DNA of 64,000 bases from Eledone cirrhosa (lineage: Eukaryota), in NCBI GenBank assembly GCA_964016885.1, contig OZ024743.1, positions 28,272,001 through 28,336,000 of the forward strand, given 5' to 3'. A program made the position numbers and the translations under genes. Below are positions 1 to 13,194 of this stretch, piece by piece. Position 1 is the stretch's first letter. Each line of letters opens with the position of its first letter. Under the pieces are notes generated by a model. That model was not told the origin of the DNA, did not search any database, and saw only the letters and a program-made list of their open reading frames with translations.

Positions 1-120
1 AAGATGTTTACCTTAAGTTTCGTTAACGACAAGAAAATACAAAAAATGACACTTTAAAACAGCTTAAAGTTACGAACCTTTTCCCCCGCAGATTTGTACT
101 GTCTTCACACATGTGCGGCC

Positions 121-433
121 ATAATAATAATAATAATAATAATAATAATGCTTTCTTTATTAACCACAAGGGTTTACACAAAGTAGACATTAAGGACAGT
201 ACAGGACAATACTGGACGGTACAAAAGGGCATTTCTGCGTGTAAAAAAAAACAAAAAAAAACAGAGGATGTAATAATAGAACAATGAAAAAACTCCTCAG
301 TAAGGGGGAGACTTCAGAGGGACATTCGTGGAGAAAGCCCATTAAAAAGCCACAGTGACCCTGACCACGAGGGCAAGTGCCCTCTCCCAGTTTTCCACCT
401 TTAATTTACAGACACATACTCAGAGGCCCATTC

Positions 434-434
<1 letters not shown>
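121..434 (-). mobile_element. 5'-truncated 3' end of a Tx1-type LINE (related subfamily) with (ATT)n tail
   Basis: Parallels 435-830: (AAT)n + 'tttctttatt..c.acaaggg', 'acaatgaaaaa', 'ctgaccac.agggcaag.gccctctc', 'cagag.gg.ccc.ttca'. Confidence 0.75.
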
Positions 435-467
<33 letters not shown>

Positions 468-828
468 TTTCTTTATTGGCTACAAGGGCTGACATCAAGA
501 AAAACATTACAGACGGCACAGGACGGTACAGGGCGGTACGATGTGGGTTTTGTGCGTGTAAATATTTTTATTATTTATATAAGAAAAGAAGAAAAAAAAG
601 ACATATTAACATATATATATATATATAAACAATGAAAATGAAAATTGAAACAATGAAAAATTCCCCAATAGGGGGGAAACCCCCGCGGGTTACTCCTGGC
701 GAAAACCACACAAAAGACCACGGCCACACTGACCACCAGGGCAAGCGCCCTCTCTCAATTTTTCCATTTCTCAAACTACAGACGTATATTCAGAGTGGTC
801 CCGTTCACTCGGACCATTCTCGCTACAT

Positions 829-3800
829 TCACCCACCTTTCAACAAACTTGCGAGAAGGCAGCCTTGCCTCTCTACCCTGATTTTCCTCTTCAAGTGAAA
901 CTTGAAAAAGTTAATTGGGGATTCGCCGAAAAGGAAAGTGTCTGTCTTTAACTCTTTCAACCTTGTCCACCACACAATCTCTTTCGCCATGGCCACCAGG
1001 CAGATGAAAACCGCCTGCCCTTCCTCCTCGAAGGAAGATGGCCAGACCATCTGCACAATGGACTCAGTCGATAACCGGATCAGCCCTACACGCGACAGCA
1101 ACTGTTCGACATAGCTCCACAAGTCAGCAATGCTTGGGCACTGAACGAGTGCGTGCACGACTGTTTCGTCTCTCTGCGCGCATCTCAGACAGGCTCGGCT
1201 GACGGCACTTCCGTTCCTGTAGAGCTTATCTCGAACCGGCAACGCTCCCCGGTAACACTGTCCTCTATAGAACGTCGAGGTGGATGTTCCACCTATACTG
1301 GTGCCCAGCTGGCAGAGGGCAGTGAGCGCCTGGAGACATTCCAGTTTCCAAGCGCTATCCCTCGGTCTTTTCCTAACCCAGGATTGCAGCTCCGTCAAGG
1401 AGACGAGCTGTGAGAAAACGTGCCTGGCGAACGGCGACCACACCTGTTCACCGTCGAGGAAGCACCAGCTCATGTTTGCGCATCATCAGCCATGGCATGC
1501 CCAGTCCTCCACGCAACGAGTGTTGACAGCAGATGGATCGTCTGACCATGGGAGCACGTCCCTACCACAAAAAGCGGAAGAGGAGGCGCTCCATTTTGAT
1601 GAGAGTTTGGCAGGGGCAAGGGACGATGGTGAGGCGGTAGCAGATGACGGATGCGATGTACGCATTAGCCACCTCCGCCCGGCCTTTCAGGGACAGCTTC
1701 CTCTCGGCCCATTTCTGAGTGAGGGACGCCACCTTGCTCGTCAACTCGCTCCAGTTCTTCTCCATCTAGAGGTCCGGTCCGAACCAGACCCCGAGTAATT
1801 TAACTGGTCCTTCCGTCCAACGCCCCACGACGCTGTCGAACGGCATGGACGGTGCCGAGCTGCAAGCCCACCGACTTTTCTTGGTTTATCTTTGCTCCTG
1901 TCACCGCTTCGTATTACTTGAGAGCGGTGCCGAGCATCTGGACGTGTCTGGTGCTCCATACCACCACGGTGACGTCGTCGGCGTAAACCGACTCGGATTT
2001 CCCGCATCCTAGTTCACGTGGGACGCCCCTCATGGCCCCCAGTTTGTGCAGTAACTGATCGAGAGCCAATACGTACAAGAGGGACGAGAGGGGACATCAC
2101 TGGCGCACCGAGCGCATGATGCTGAACGGCTGCGACAGGTGATCGTTCACCTTCACAACTGAGAAGATTTCGCTGTACATCACAGCGATCCAACCCCTGA
2201 AAACGAGCCCGAATCCGGCTGCCTCGAGGACCGCCACCAGGTACCGATGGTCGACCCTATATTGAATGCTTTGGATTGATCCAAGTTGATCAGGGCCCCA
2301 CCCTTGCCAGGTTCCTTAACCACCGTCTCTATGATGTATCGCATGAGGTGGAGGTTGTCGTGTATGGATCTGTCCGGAATGGCGCATGTCTGCGCCTCCC
2401 CCACCGAACCCTTGACGACAAGCGCCAACCTCGTTGCTAACACCTTGGCCAAAATCTTGAACTCTGCGGTTAGCAGGGTTATGGGCCTGAAGTTTTCGAT
2501 AACATCCCCCTTGTTCTGGTCTTTTCTCAGCAGCGCCACCGCTTACCGGCTCACAAAACTGGGAATGCTCCCGTTCTGCTGCAAGTTGCAGTAGACGTCT
2601 GCCAAGAGGTTACCGAACAAGTCTGGCATAAATGCATAAAGCTCGTAGGGCAGACCATCCAAACCTGGCGATTTACCCCTCGTGCAGTTAGCCATCGCTT
2701 CCCTTATTTCACCGGCTGTTATCGGCTTTTCGCAACACTGTGCTGCGGTTGTCGAGAGCCTAGGCAGTCCGTCGAGGTATGCACTGAAAACCATACCCCG
2801 ATCCGGCCCGCCGCTTCTCCCGAACAGTTCAGCAAAGTGCTGCTGAAAGCTTCAAACATCTGATCGGGTTCGAACAACACGCGCCCGTTTTGGTCAGATA
2901 AAGACCGAATTGTGGCTTTGTTGCCACGTCGCACCTCTGCTACACGGGCCCATTGGACGGCTTTCTCCCTCGTGTTTCAGAGCACGCGCTCTAGCTCTGA
3001 CAACGCAGCCTTAGTGTTTTGCGTTGAAGAATTAGTCGAGTGCCAATCTCGCCGCAAGCACGTTGGTTGCGATGCCAGTCCTAAACACCTTTTCTAGCTT
3101 TCTGACTAGCTCTCCCTCTACTCTATTTTTCTCTATCACTAGTCTTTTGCTAAACCTAATTGACTCTACTTTAATTGCACTTTTCAGGGCGAACCACCAC
3201 CTGTTGTTGACGACCGCTCTCGTAAACGCCCACTTAACTAATACGCTAATCCGGTCTCTGTAGGCTTTGCGCGTTCAGAAAGACGCGTTCAGCTTCCAGT
3301 AACCGGGTCCTTGTCTATTAAGTCTGTCTATGTCGATGTCACAGATCACAAATTTGTGGTCTGTGTAGTCGACTATTTTAAATTGTGGACAACTTATACT
3401 AGCCCCATCTAGTTCTCTGCAGAATACCCTATCGAGATACGATCTGGATGACCCGATGCGGTTTGTCCATGTCCACATTGGCACATTCGGATGATCCAGT
3501 CGATACCTGTCAGACAGTTCAAAACGTCTGAGCAGGTTGGTGAGGCTCTTGCACCCTCCTCCCCTATCCACTAGCCCCACACAATTCCAGCGTGCATCCA
3601 AGGTACCGTTCTAGTCGCCCACTAACACTAAAGAGCGGGACGTTCCAAGAAAAGTCTCTAGACGTCTGAAGAAATCTGACCGTCCTGCCCCAGTTGAGGC
3701 GTAGACGGCTACTAGCCTGAAAGCTTTGCCTTCGCTGCCGGTCATATCCGGCATCACCGACTTACCTTCTGGGTCCGTATGGCGAGATCCAAGCCTCTCC

Positions 3801-4023
3801 GTAAAAGGACGGCGACCACTCCCCCCGATCCTGGTCGGCTGGGAGATGCGTATACATCGTAGCCGACGAAGATCGGTGCGAAGGCTTGTGCTTCGGAGAT
3901 TTTGGTTTCACTGATGGCCACCACATCTATGTTTAGTGACCTGAGGTCATTGAGCAGGTGACCCAGCTTCCAAGATGACCCCAGGCCACGTGTATTTATA
4001 CTGCCTATTCTAAGTACGGCCAT
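829..4023 (-). pseudogene. Tx1 ORF2: apurinic-like endonuclease + reverse transcriptase + C-terminal CCHC finger, broken by frameshifts and stops
   Basis: MAVLRIGSINTRGL..AISETK, SYLDRVF, YTDHK, GPGYWKLN, KSPGLDGLPYE, ENFRPITLL, LDQSKAFN, WAERKLSLKGRA, CLRC..ETVVHALVQC. Confidence 0.9.
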
Positions 4024-4055
4024 GTTGGATGAGAAACGGGGCAAGTGAGAAAGGG

Positions 4056-6099
4056 TCACTTACCTTGATCGTGTGGTGAAGGCACAGTAGAACCGTCCCT
4101 TTGGCTGGTCATTGGTGTTTCCAAGAGGATGTCAGTGTATATCCTCTTGGTAACCGAGCCTTTGAAGTCTCCAACTGCGTTGGGGAATTTTTGTTTTAAA
4201 AGTTTGCACTGTTCTATTTTGATATCAATGATGCTTATGTTTATCGGGAGAGTTCTTGGTGTTGGTGGGGTGTAGTAGTTTTTTTCTGTGATGTCTGTGT
4301 GCTGCTTTATATGTTGTATGAGTTCTTTATTTGCCATGTTTATGGCTGTGTACTTTTTGGGGGTAGGGGTGATTTTGTTGCTGTTTTCTTCTTGTTGCTG
4401 TTGGGTGTGTGTGTTTCGTTGTGTTTGCGTTGTTGGTTTTTTTGGTGATGCTGAAGGTGGTCTGGTTGTTGTTGGTAGTGGTGCTTGTGGTGTTAATGGT
4501 GATGGTGGTGGTGTTGCTGCAAGTCTCCTTGCAGCTTTTGCCCCTCTTTGTGTGCCTTCGCTTTTGGAGGGTGAAGCTAAGGGTTTTTTTTCTTTTTGGT
4601 GTTTTGTGGCAGACCGTTTGCCACTTTACTCCCGCCTCAGACTCCATGTCGGATTCCGTGGCGTCTGGGAGGAGTATGTGCACCACGGCTGTTGGTGGTG
4701 GTGGTAGTGGAGCTCTCTCCGGCGATTTTGTTGCTGGTGCAGCTACTGCAAATGTAGCTACTGGTGTTGCCGCCACTGATGCTGCTGTTTTAGTTGTCCG
4801 TGGCCTTGGTACGGGTGCCATGGACGTTGCCCTCCTACTCACCATGGAAGGGGCTTCTGTGTTTGTTGCCTGCCCTGCTCTTGGTAGCAGCGGACCAGGT
4901 ATTGGAAGGAGAGGGGCCTTCTTCTTCGCTGTCTTCTGCGGGCAAAAGGCCCTGAGGTAATCCTTTGACCCACAGAGATAACATTTTGGCCGTCTGGCTT
5001 ATAGGGAGTTGGAGTCCTACCTCGAGGTCTATGATATCGGGGATAGCGTCGATACATTCCTGGTTAGTTTGTATAAGCATTTGCATGCCTATACCTGACC
5101 AGTTCTCTCTCCTATTTTCTCTACTCGCAGCATGTTTGTCCTGTCCTCGATTCAGCAAGGACAGACGCGGCCAGCCAAGGGATGGGCACGTCGGGTGAGA
5201 CCTGGGTCACTTTGACCCTCACAATTTTCTGCCCGCAGTAGGAGGGCACCAAGACTATCTCCTCACTCTTTAGGTTTTCCAAAGAGTGAGGCTTCTCTTC
5301 TTGTGGGGTGGCGGAAAGTACGTCTACTGTGCCGTACTTTCTGCCTCAGGTGATGTGGGTTTTGCGCGCCCAGACGCACCCCAAGGCCTTTTGGATTTGA
5401 GCCTCCGTGGCTTTCTCCACCCGATGTGACATTTTGCTTACGGTGCGGTAAGTTACCGTCCGTAGCTGCTGGTCCTTGAAAAAATCGGGTGGAGGTTTCA
5501 AGGAAACTCTATTGACGTTTCTTGTCACCATGGCCCTTGCGACTGCCATCTCCTCCTCTGTGACTAACACCGTTTCAATATTTCGGGCGACACCTGCAAA
5601 AGAAGTGGTCCCTTTTTTCAGCAGCACCACTATTGCTGCCGTTACTAGTCTTACTGGTGGTGCTGAGATCGCTATTACAGGTATCGATGTCATTGTTGAT
5701 GTTTTCGTTGGTACTGTTGTTGCTGTTGTTGTTGTTGTTTTCGTTGATACTGTTGCTGTTGTTACTGTTATTGTGGCTGTTGTTATTGTTGTTGTTTTTG
5801 TTGATACTGTTCCTACTATTATTGTTGTTGTGGCTGTTGTTATTGTCATTGTTATTGTCGTTCTCGACCTTACCGCTGTTATTTTTGTTGATGGTGTTAT
5901 TGTTGGTGTTGTTGTTGGTGTTGTTTGTGTTTGAAATATTTGGTAATTTTAAATCTGTAAAAATATCATTAAAAATGATATTGTTCCTCTTTTCATTCGT
6001 AATATTTTCTTTTATATTTACCTTCGCTGGAACGCTGTCTTGTTGATATGTTGACAAAGTCTCACCCTCTTTCTGTTGTCTGTTTCTTGTGTTATCCAT
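4056..6099 (-). pseudogene. Tx1 ORF1 (gag-like), fragmented; Asn/Thr low-complexity tracts and degenerate zinc knuckle
   Basis: Consecutive minus-strand ORF pieces; a frame at about 4935-4990 reads PKCYLCGSKDYLRAFCPQK (C-x2-C-x4-Y-x4-C, H to Y). Confidence 0.7.
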
Positions 6100-6282
6100 G
6101 TTGAAAGAATTCTTTTTTTCAAAATAAAGAGTTGCCGTATTATTTACGAGTGAACCCCTGTATTAGGTGGGTCACTTCTTCTAAACTTTTATCAAGTCAA
6201 ATAAAAGGTTTAGAACGGTTGAAAACGAAGTAAACTGTTAAAAAAAAAACTGGAGGCGATAAGAAGCGTGGCTTCACAATGA

Positions 6283-6410
6283 TAATAATAATTGTTTCTA
6301 CTTTAGGCACAAGGCCAGCAATTATCCAGTGCATTACTGGTACTTTATTTTATCGACCCCGTAATGATGAAAGGCAAAGTCAACCTCGGCGGGATTTGAA
6401 CTCAGATCAC
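6283..6410 (-). mobile_element. tRNA-derived SINE, 3' portion
   Basis: Matches the family consensus 'aattgtttctac..ggcacaaggccagcaatt..ttttatcgacccc..gatgaaaggcaaagt.aacctcggcgggatttgaactcag'. Confidence 0.85.
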
Positions 6411-6850
6411 AATGATAATAATACTAATAATAAAAAACATAATGATAGTGATAATATACATATCGTTCTGCATATGCATATAACGTATGCTAAGCTTAGC
6501 ATCACAAAATACAGGCTATATTTTGGCTGGCTCTTTATTATATTTTATTAGAACGTATAAATTCCTTTCGTGTTTAGCACAATAAATAAATTCACACTGG
6601 TGTGTAATTTATATATATATATATATACACACACATACGCACACACACATATATATATATATGTAGATAAATCTACCAAAATATACGGTAGTGTCCAATC
6701 CGTATGAAGAACTCAATGTAATCCAAATATCATGAAAAGAGATGTATTCAACATTTTTTCGATGAAAAACACAGGAAAACAGAGTCAAGATAAATTAATA
6801 AAAATAATGAATAAAAACAAAGAAACAGTTCCTTATATTAAAAAATTCAT

Positions 6851-6980
6851 CATTTTACGATCGTTTCTAGGATATATATGTGTGTGTTGGTATGTATATC
6901 ATATAGATCTATGTAAAATTTTTACAAACTATCAGAGGGAATATACATACCTACACATATATATGCTGTCTTCAGAAATA
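6851..6980 (-). ncRNA. Type-I hammerhead ribozyme motif with long stem II
   Basis: Minus strand: uauuu-CUGAAGA-[about 100-nt hairpin, atatatatgtgt/acacatatatat]-GAAAC-gauc-GUA-aaaug; stem III ACGAUCGU is palindromic. Confidence 0.7.
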
Positions 6981-7009
6981 ATATATATATATATATATGG
7001 TAACATATA

Positions 7010-8200
7010 GCCCAGTAAAACCTGCGATATGATCGGGTCGTGGGCGTCTAAACAAACAGGCAAGCTCACCAAGCTTGTCTGATGAGGAGAGTAATTTTTC
7101 GGCACTCTGTGGGATGAAAAATATCAAGGGAAGGAGGAACTCTTGAAAATCAACGACCATCCAATATCTAAGGTGTGATTTTCAGTCAGTTCGTGACAAA
7201 CCTTTACACCAATACATTGTTATCAACATTTCAAAATAGCCTGGCTGGTCCACCGCGAGCTTTCACTTGTGAAACAACTCATTTGTGTGGGTAGTTGATC
7301 AGCCAAACCAGTTATGCCTATTTGATATCCAACAGTTAACACCATGCACACTGGCGAGATACTGCACCCGTTGCAACATTGCTCGAAAAAGCACAATAAT
7401 TGATGAAACGTTTCTCGCTTGCATGTGAGTCGTTTCCTTTAACAATCAACACTAAAAAAACTGAGTTGGTACATCACCCAAAGCTCCCCCTCTTCAGTTT
7501 TTAAGCACCAGCAGCGGTGGAACAGGCATCTCCATGTTACAACCATTGTAAATGACAAGGATGTGAAGTATGTAAACTTTACTTAACTTGGTAGAAAGGT
7601 GAACTGCTCTCCATCCCTGGATGATGCGATCGACAATCGCATCGGCAAAGCAACTGAGGCGGTTTGGCAAGTTATATTATCATCTATTTAGTGTCAGAGG
7701 TATATCCATGAAAACAAAAGTTGGAGTTTACCATGTATTAGTACTGACAACACGGTCATAGCCATTTTATCACACCCACATCTATAAACTTGATTGATGT
7801 CATCTACAAACATTATCTTCGCTATTTGTGATTATGTACTTTCTGTCACCGTTTCCAATGCCGATCTATCCATGAGGTATAATATCGGATTGAGTCATTT
7901 CTGATGCAATCCCAACTTAGCTGAGCTGGTCATGTCCTACAGATAATTGAGGGCTGCATATTCCAGATACCGTTATAAGTCAAGGCAGACCATTACTCAG
8001 ATATAATGACAAACTAAAGTATAATCTTAAATCTCTAAACACTCCTCTAACTTCTTTTGAGGCCCTAGCTGCTGGTTGTGGAAAATGGAGAACTGTCTTC
8101 AGTGAAGTTATAAAGAACTTTGAAAGATCTTGTCTGGCCCATCATCGTGATCTAAGATCTAACACCAAGATTCAATCAAATCGTCAATCCTCCACCACTC
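7010..8200 (+). mobile_element. Highly decayed RTE-type LINE 3' fragment
   Basis: Remnant motifs: ..DDAIDNRIGKA.., KTKVGVY, QLS*AGHV. Confidence 0.55.
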
Positions 8201-8209
8201 AAATCCCTA

Positions 8210-8403
8210 CATAATTGTTTCTACTTGTGGCACAAGGCCAGCAATTATCCCAGTGTATTGCTGGTGCTTTATTTTATCGACCCCGTGAGGATGAAAGGCA
8301 AAGTTAACCTCGGCGGGATTAGAACTCAGACCATAAAGGGCCGTAACCTTTTGCTGTAAAGCATGGCGTCCGACCTTCTACCGATACTGCCAATCCACTG
8401 CCC
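8210..8403 (-). mobile_element. tRNA-derived SINE, full length
   Basis: Reverse complement of the 9194-9395 copy. Confidence 0.9.
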
Positions 8404-8533
8404 ACATAATGCAGCTTGTTGTGTGAATCAGCTGCTGCACTGAAATACCATAACAAATGAACTCAAAAGTCGGTTGAAACCTCGTACGTCGAAATACATA
8501 GAAGCCATCACACTTACACAAACACTCACTCAT

Positions 8534-8554
8534 ACACACACAGACACACACACG

Positions 8555-8645
<91 letters not shown>

Positions 8646-8678
8646 ACATACACACACATACACATATATATATATATA
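8534..8678. repeat. (CA)n/(TA)n microsatellite
   Basis: Direct reading. Confidence 0.95.
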
Positions 8679-9193
8679 ATAATAAGGAGTTGACGGACCC
8701 AGCATATATATTAAACGGAATGATCGTAACTAATATGACACACTTATCGAAAGCTGTCAATTCCTTTAAAGGAAAATTCTCCATTCAAGAGAATGTCGTC
8801 TGCTACGTTTGTATTAAATATCGCGAGAATCTGTTGATATCATTTGGTCACTTCGTATATAATTTAGCACACAGTAAAGCGTAAATCGAAATTACATCTA
8901 AATGAAATTTTAGACATTCCGATACATATCGAGAAATGTACCGAGTGAGTTGGTCCGCAAAAAGAGTGCTCAGTACAATATGTAAATAAAAATTATTTGT
9001 GTAGCAAGTGTCAAGTCTAATTTGAAACTGTACTACATATTTACTGTTGCTGTGCATATCCGTCTCAGAATAAGTACCCTTGTGCCATATGAAGTGACTT
9101 AAAGCTTGAGGCCAGCAAAGTAAATGTAGCTATAAAATGTTGCCTAAAAACAACCCTCAAAGTCTCAATAATTAACATTATTGTTTTTATTAA

Positions 9194-9395
9194 GGGCGGT
9201 GGATTGGCAGTATCGGTAGTGGGTCGGACGCCATGCTTTGACGTATAGAGTTACGGCCCTTCTATTCTGAGTTCAAATCTCGCCGAGGTTAACTTTGCCT
9301 TTCATCCTTACGGGGTCGATAAAATAAAGTACCAGTAATGCACTGGGTTATTGCTGGCCTTGTGCAAAAAGTAGAAACAATTATTATTTTTATTA
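9194..9395 (+). mobile_element. tRNA-derived SINE, full length (Pol III A/B boxes, conserved central domain, (ATT)n tail)
   Basis: A-box-like 'tggcagtatcggt', B-box 'gagttcaaatc', central 'gcctttcatcc..ggggtcgataaaataaagtacc' (resembles a Deu/Nin-type domain), tail 'caattattatt'. Confidence 0.9.
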
Positions 9396-10767
9396 TTGAG
9401 CCATTTGTGAAGCCCAAATAGCTAATATTTCCTTTGTTTTATCAAAGACATGGCCTTAAAATACTACATGCATACATTTCTATTTACATATTGCGATTTT
9501 GATACTATGCTGCTAGGTAGGTATTGAGCAATATCTGTAGAAGGCTGCATTATTCAAAATCTGACTCCATATGTAAATGCAGTTGAGTGTGGTTTTACAT
9601 GTGCTAGCTTTTACATTTCCAACGAAAAAAGATGTCTATATGGTTACTGAAGTATAAACTGTTGGTATCAGATATTTGCGGTGAAATAGTCAAATATGAT
9701 GTGATTCAATAAACATTCACCATGAAAAATATTTTGTATCTATTTCCATCCGAATAACAATGCCCACATCTTAATCATTGTAAGTAGTGTAATGCATAAA
9801 AATATGTACAGCTAAACAAAATTTATAGTCATGCTAAAATACCGATAATGTATTGTAAGCAAAACAAATGTTACAATACATTATATGAAATGGCAAAAGT
9901 TTACAAACTGTGAGTGTATTTCACCGACTGCCGTGAATTTGCCAGACAATGCTAGCGAGCTCTCTAAACGTATGAACAAAGATAATTTTATAGAATAATA
10001 TTGTGGCATTCACGTCTCTAATGGCGCCTGAATGACGAATGTGCCATAAGAAATTACGATTGACCAACCACATGAAATTGTGAAATAAAATCTCCGTTTT
10101 GAGCAGATTTGATATCTAATTTTTGGTAATGCAATAACATTTTGTGTTGAATATAATAATCATGTGACATACAAAAGCAACCAACTTATCTGGGTCAAAG
10201 TTTGTGTCAATATGTTTGGTGTGTAACTTAAACTTTCTTTTTGTTTTTCTAACTGAATAACATGTTATATCTATGGTCATTTGGCAAATGTTTGGTGATT
10301 AGTGTAGATGGTTTTGTCTACGTTTAGGCTAAGGGACATGATAATTCTGATGATGTTTCGTTTCGTAGATGTGCTCTGTTCAATCATCTGTTTGAGTAGT
10401 TTTACGAATGTATTCTAATTCTTTGTTTTAAAGCTTCTTTGTGTAACCTTGTTGGTTTAGCTTATCTTATCTTTTCGCAAAAAAATAGCTAACTTAAAAT
10501 ACATGTTTTTTCTCAAAGAAATGCTTTTCCATTTTTCATAGTCTCACACTCCTCTAATTTTGTATTTTTTGTTTGTATTTCTTGTTTCATTTTTCATTCT
10601 ATCTTCTGCTGAAATATTAAGACTCTTTCCTACTTCCTCAAGCGTTAAATTAATATATATATCTTCATTGTTTGCAGTATTGTTTTCCGTTTACTTTTCC
10701 GTTTAATTTTCGCACACACGCACGCACATACACACACAGACACACTCATACAAATACACACACAGAC

Positions 10768-10860
<93 letters not shown>

Positions 10861-11329
10861 GGGGGTGCTAGGAGGAGAAGCATTGTTACATGACTCATTA
10901 AGGGCACGTAAAGCAATCAAATTTGGAGTGTTGAAGATATCACATATCACTAGGAAGATATTGTCCCCTCCTTAGCAATAAAGCAGCGTGTCGTAACTAC
11001 AGCGGAACCACACTCTTATCAACAATTGGTAACTCTCTTAAATCGTCCTGACCTGACTCACTGAATTATGTGAGAATACCCCAGCGTGCTGCCTGAGTCA
11101 CTGTGTGGATTCGTTCAGGCAGGAGCACTGCTGACATGGTATTCACCTCCCGCCAGTTACAAGAGTAATACACTGAGCATCAATTATACAAGTTATACAT
11201 ATACATTACTAAGGCCTTTGACAAAGTCAACTGAGCTGCCCTATAGAAAGTACTTGGCGGCTAGTGCTATCCTAAGAAGCTTGCGTTACTTATTGCACTC
11301 TTCTGCAGGAGAGCATGAAGGGTTCTGTC

Positions 11330-12437
11330 AAACTTATCTCTGACAAAAAAAAAAATAAATAAATAAAAAAAAGAGTGACTGCCTAATAAAGCAAAGTCGT
11401 CTACTGGTGATTACATTGTTCAAGATGTGCCTCTGCAGTGCTAGAGATAGTGACAATGCAACCTTTTCAAATGAAATGTGAATTATAAACTGGGTGGAAG
11501 ACACATGTTTCAATCGGAGAAAAAAGTTGAAAGTGCGCATCAAAGTGAAGCCATTGACGGCTCATGAACTCTAATGACTGAGCTTTAATCTCCAAAACTA
11601 AGTCAGAAATAAAAGTACTGACTAATGATTTGCATGAAGCTGCTGTTAAAATTGATCTCGACATTTCTTAAAACGAAAGTTATAATCCAAACACCAAATT
11701 TCTGCTGCAGTATCACCGCTTGACATCTCTACAGGCGGGCAAGCAGTTCAATACGTTGAAAACTTTGTATATCTTGGTAGCAATATATTTGTCGACGGTA
11801 GCTTCAATTAAGTGATTGAATGATGAATACAGAAGGTGTGACTAACATGAGTGTAATCAGAGGAAATTTCAAGAAGCGCTAAAAATCTTCGAACATTTCT
11901 GTGTACAATGTAGTGATAGGGTAGTGCCAATCCTCACACAATTTAGCGATACGTTGACGGATCATCTTAGCCACCACTTGTAACTAGAGTTATTCCACTT
12001 AAACTACTTCGTCAGATAATTAAGATTAGTTGAAAAAAAAAGAGAATCAAACCTGGAATCCGTTAAACGCACTGCAATTACTAGAATGGAATTAAGCACT
12101 CAATTAAGATTGCATTCGACAGGATATATCAGGGTGGATGAGAAAAAGACTGACCAAAACCATCCTGTACGGGGTGCTAATGTTTAGAGTAATATTACAG
12201 AGTAAGCAGAAAAAGCATTTCGAGTAGGATTTTCAACAAAGCTTGAAACACTACAAAATTCATTATCCAGTTGGGAAGCTGCAGCAAAAGACCAATAAGG
12301 TTCGTAGTCTTACAGTACACAGCATCTCCCTGAGGTTTCTAAGCATAGCTCTGACTAGTTTACCACGTGCAGAGAGAGGCGAAGGGCTTGGAAAGAGCAG
12401 CGGCAATCATCTGGTGCACCAGCAAAATTAAATGGAT

Positions 12438-12468
<31 letters not shown>

Positions 12469-12500
12469 AAGAAGAAGAAGAAGAAGAAGAAGAAGAAGAA
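11330..12500 (+). mobile_element. Decayed RTE-type LINE 3' fragment ending in (GAA)n
   Basis: Remnants: YVENFVYLGS, LTKTILYGVL, GK/SKQKKHF; (GAA)n at 12439-12499. Confidence 0.55.
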
Positions 12501-12973
12501 CAACAACAACAACAGCAACAACAACAACATATAGATGCACAGGCTTTCACAGCAATATATATGTACATATATATGTATGTGTGTGTGTGTGTGAATGTGT
12601 GTATGAATATTTGTGTTAGCGTGTGCATGTGTGTGTATATTTGACTTAGTGTGTGCGTCTGCTGTTTGTCCATGTTCCGTAGCTTAGGGTTTCGACGAAA
12701 AGAATCAATAAAATAATCATCAGATTGAAAGAACATATTACGCAATTAAAGAACATATATTAGATAATGAAGCAACGCTTCCGCCGTATTTTTGCCTAGG
12801 TAAATAGTTGGAGTTATAAAGAAAACCCAGAATGGAAAAAGAATGAGCATTAATGCACATGGGACACGAAGCCACATCTCTTGGCTATCAAGACCACTGT
12901 CACTCACCAAATTTCCAATCAATTTTGAAGCTATATAATCATAGCGCATGAATACATACATACATATATATAT

Positions 12974-13170
12974 AACGAAGGAAATGTGGTAAGGAACCAG
13001 GTGGACCATAACGCACCAAAGTACTCAATACTTGAGGTAGTAGAGTGGGTAATAGGAACTAGTAAGACCCCGACAGCTGAGCTCAAGCCGTTTCGACGGC
13101 TAATTCTGGACCAGAATTAGCCGTCGAAACGGCTTGAGCTCAGCTGTCGGGGTCTTACTAGTTCCTATTA
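12974..13170 (-). mobile_element. Short TA-flanked fold-back element (family A) with 60-bp perfect inverted arms, each containing the 3' half of a hammerhead
   Basis: 13050-13109 is the exact reverse complement of 13111-13170; arm reads ..agaattagccgtc-GAAAC-ggcttgagctcagct-GTC-gggg; copies at 20524-20717 and 35849-35970. Confidence 0.8.
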
Positions 13171-13194
13171 CATATATATATATATAGATATATG

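Larger units (their letters stand above)
435..6277 (-). mobile_element. Near full-length Tx1/L1-clade non-LTR retrotransposon (decayed), two ORFs, (ATT)n 3' tail
   Basis: ORF1 plus APE-RT-zinc-finger ORF2 fragments in order on the minus strand; (AAT)n at 435-465; 5' end abuts a SINE tail. Confidence 0.9.

Noticed and set aside
4288-6046. Hydrophobic plus-strand ORFs resembling membrane proteins
   Set aside because: Antisense translations of the AAC/AAT-rich Tx1 ORF1
9194-9290. tRNA gene
   Set aside because: A and B boxes are present but there is no cloverleaf, and it continues into the SINE body found in more than 12 copies
12680-12725. Minus-strand CTGATGA...GAAAC
   Set aside because: No convincing stem II, NUH site or stem I partner
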